From an uncultured delta proteobacterium (GTDB taxonomy: Bacteria; Desulfobacterota; Syntrophobacteria; Syntrophobacterales; Syntrophobacteraceae): a DNA stretch of 64,000 bases. The stretch is taken from positions 10,228-74,227 of the forward strand of contig CAWEHK010000026.1 in assembly GCA_963808625.1 (NCBI GenBank). Direction: 5' to 3'. Positions within the stretch are counted from its first letter, which is position 1, and the number at the start of each line of letters is the position of its first letter. The notes under the pieces are model-generated. The model was not told the DNA's origin. It saw only the letters and a program-made list of their open reading frames with translations, and ran no database searches. This document shows positions 60,849 to 64,000 of the stretch, piece after piece. A program made the position numbers and the translations under genes.

Positions 60849-63800
60849 TCACGCTTTCCGATGCTCGACACCAATGGTCAGGGCCGCCAGGTGGTCGTGG
60901 TAGGGCCTCCAGTGCGAGAGATAGGCCGTCGTCTCCTTGAGGTAAGTGAGGATTACGGCCAGACGGGTGGTGCGGAGGTTCCAGAAGTCGGTGGTGTCCA
61001 CCAGGTGTTTGACCGCTCGTTCGATGTCCGCACCGCCATGAAGGAGCTTGAGTGCATGGTAGATCTGACACGTCGGTGAATGGCGCCAGAGGCTGCGACT
61101 GGCCGCAGGAATTTCGTCAAAACGCAAGGAGTCTGGGCGCGGCAGCTCATCGGGCAGCTTTGTCCGTGTATCGTTGGCACGGGTGGGACCGAGGAGAGAC
61201 TCGTAATCAGACAGCCCATAGGCACGCCCCAAATCCTGGAAAGCACCGATTTTGAAGACCCCTTGGGCTTCCACTTCCAGTCCCTTGAGAAGGAATTTCT
61301 CCTCGGGACTGAATTCACGCCAAAACTGGTAGGGGTCCATCCCCACAGCCCTTTTGATAGATCGGACCATGGCGGGTGGCACCAGAAAATCCGTAGCGCT
61401 GCGCTTGGCATTTTCCATCAGGGAGCGCAGCGCCGAGCGGCCGCGTTCGGCGTTGGAGGTTCGGAGCTCCGCCTCAAGGTCCACCCCATCGATGCTGGCG
61501 TATCCGGTCACCACCTCGGCGGCAGCGGCCTGAGCCGCGAGCAGGTAGTCGGTATCGGTATACCCGCAGCGCGCGAGCCCTCCCTCCAGCTGGCTCTCCC
61601 GCATGGAAGTGATCACCTCGCGCACCCGCTTGTTGACCTGAGGAGTGATGAAGTCGATGTAGCCGATCTTGTCCCCGGTGCGCTTCCTCAGCACCATGTT
61701 GTAGGTGGCCTGGACATAGTTGCCCGTCCGGATTCCCGCGCCGGGAGTTTCCGTGGCAATGCTCCAAACCTGCTTTATCTGAAGGCCTGCCGCCCACATA
61801 ATGAGTGCCAGATCCTCCCAGACATCGGTCGACTTATGGGTGAACATCACCACCTGGATGCCGTCATCAGGCATGAGCTCGGCAAGACGTTGATAACACT
61901 CCGCCATCGCAACGCGGAAGGGGGCGTCGTTGCCTTTGACGGCCCTGGTTCGCATTGAGTCGGTATACCAACCAGGAAAGGATGATTTTAAATGCGGAGA
62001 ATACCAAGCCAGGAAAAATTCTGAAAGCTCTTCGTAGTTGACGGCATCAGCGTACGGTGGGTCGGTGATCCAGAGTGTACACTTTTCTTCTATCTCCCTA
62101 GCATCGCACAACGCTACACAGTGCTCGCCTTTTGCATCACTGCCAGCATGATTTACATTTAGCGCCTTGCCTAATGATGCCCAGGAGCGGTTGGCATAAT
62201 CGAAGAGTGTGTTCAACGCTTGGTTATAAAAAACTTTATGAGTAGAGACCAGCCCCACCTCCTGCGCTGCTATCCCATCGAGCCAGGCGAGCGTTATAGT
62301 TGACGTAGTTACCGAGAAGAGCTGTAAGTGCGGCCCTTACTTTTCCACTCGTTCGTGCAATTTGCCTGGAATACTCCGCCCCCGTCAGTAGCTGCCGGGG
62401 CGTGAACAGGTGATGCCAGTAAGTCCAACCCCGCGTCCGTATCGGTTCATTCGTCTTTTCTCCCGGCTCAATACGCCAAGTCGGGAACCACCCTGCCTCC
62501 TGATACTCATAAAAGACCGTGTTGAGTTCCTTCGCAATCTTTTGCTCAACTTCCAGGTCGTGGATATGTGGCTCCCGATAGACGAAGCCACCTCTACGAG
62601 TACGTCCTCGTTCGTCCACCCAATCAGGAGTAAGCCAGCGGATGCAGTAGAGTCGCTCCTGAAGAACATCCACGGGACGAGGCATGAAGTCGTGCTTTTC
62701 CCACCGCCGCAAACCTCCGTCATTCTCGATCAACTGATTGTACTGAATAGAGCGAGGCATGTTCCTGTGGCGCCTGTCACGCTTGAAAATATTCCAAAGC
62801 GGCTGAGGACACACGATGTCTCTATCCTGTTTGGTGCCCGCATTCGCGTCTTCATAGCCGTCGCCACCGTGCCGTACTCTAAAGCCAAATCGCTTTTCAG
62901 CTTCCATGGGGACAAGTTCTACCCAAGCCTTCAGCCTGGGGGCAATAACCCAACTTGGCGCCAAGGGGACTGCCCAATCGTCCCATTCCGGGACTTTAAG
63001 CTCCACACAGTAGAGATACAAGTCGGCTCGCCAGCCCTCTTCACTGACCTCATAGCCCTTTTCAATAAGCCACGCATCGATTTTTCGGTAGATTCGCTCT
63101 TGGGCACCTGTGACTTCTTGCCTTGATGTCTCTTCTCCGCCAATGAGGTTGAGCGCACCCCAAGTCAGAAGTGCAGCTACTGGATTGAGGTCAGATGCAA
63201 ACACATCACATCCCAATTGGGCTGCTGCGAAGGGGATTGCGCCGGTTCCGGAAAAACCATCACCAACCTTTAACCTTTGCACTCCAAAGCGTCTCTGCGC
63301 CAATTCTTGAACTAATCCTTCGACAGACGAGGCAGAAGTTTGGAGGTGTGAATTAATCTCCTGCCAGGATTCCTCAGGAGGGCCGCCTATTTCTTCGATT
63401 CGACAGCAATAAGGTCTTTGTTCAGCATGGGAGAGAGTGCAGAAAACCCGTTTCTCCAATTCAATGCGCCTGGCTTTCCACCATCCCATGAGGTCGGGAT
63501 CATCAATCTGCAATCCCGCTCGGTTGGCAGCGGTTCTCGCATTCTCACGTGTTTCGCGGAGCCATTTCCCAGTTTCATCAAAGAAATCCACCCGCTCATC
63601 CTCGGTTGCCTGTTGGATGCACAGCTCGGCGGGTAGTCGTTCGGTCTTTCGCTTCCACATTCCGGCATTGTCGAGGCACATGCATTTCAGGAAGATCTCA
63701 AGATCCTCAGGCCAACGTTCAGGGTCTTCAGCAGCGGAAAATACCACTCCAATGATAAGAGCCCGCGTGAGGACGAATGGTTTCTCTCCCCACCATTTAC

Positions 63801-63903
63801 CCAAGGAAAGGAGTTTCCCATGGCTGACTCGCCGTTCGAGATAGCTCTCTAACGACAGCGGCCCGATGGGGAATTGCACTTCAATAAACGATTTTTGGGG
63901 CAT
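60849..63903 (-). CDS. DUF1156-type adenine DNA methyltransferase (frameshift near 62240)
   Basis: SFIEVQFP, LGKWWG.KP, DGFSGTGAIP, SDLNPVA, RGWTYWHHLFTPRQL, ITDPPYADAVNYEELSEFF. Confidence 0.88.
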
Positions 63904-64000
63904 TTCAGTGGGACCCTAATCTGCGACTGTTTTCGTCTACATCACCTCGATTGAGTTCTCCAAGCCACCTCACGACGTTACGAGTTCAGTTCTCCAAATC

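Noticed and set aside
63905..64000. 3' end of the gene upstream of the DUF1156 MTase as DUF3780
   Set aside because: Too short and apparently frame-broken to assign

Overview
GC-rich bacterial chromosome segment. Gene content and order (selA, lysC-cimA, cdaA, dcw layout) suggest Desulfobacterota/Deltaproteobacteria, possibly Syntrophobacterales-like; this is an inference. The core carries ccdA, recO, rodZ, surA, mfd, selA, a DnaJ-family gene, a radical SAM gene, a dcw cluster (mraZ to ftsZ, with mraY, murG and ddl cleanly absent), acpP, tetR, NUDIX, a thermonuclease, alaC, a cdaA-YbbR fusion, malQ, glgB, comEA, cimA and lysC. There are two accessory regions. At about 9.4-20.9 kb: an Eco29kI-like GIY-YIG restriction enzyme plus amino-MTase, a tricorn protease plus CPBP protease, vapBC, and transposase and IHF remnants. 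At 57.3-64 kb: a DUF1156 MTase and PLD-SNF2 helicase of a restriction-like anti-phage system, with hicAB inserted between them. More than 20 single-base frameshifts, including in essential genes, point to long-read indel errors rather than real pseudogenes. The most notable items missing from the ORF track are (1) a complete candidate alanine-sensing attenuator (promoter, 27-aa leader with four tandem Ala codons, alternative hairpins, terminator) upstream of alaC, and (2) a family of small composite elements in which REP-like palindromes sit inside several different IS-like terminal inverted repeats, including a triple tandem stack and a nested insertion.
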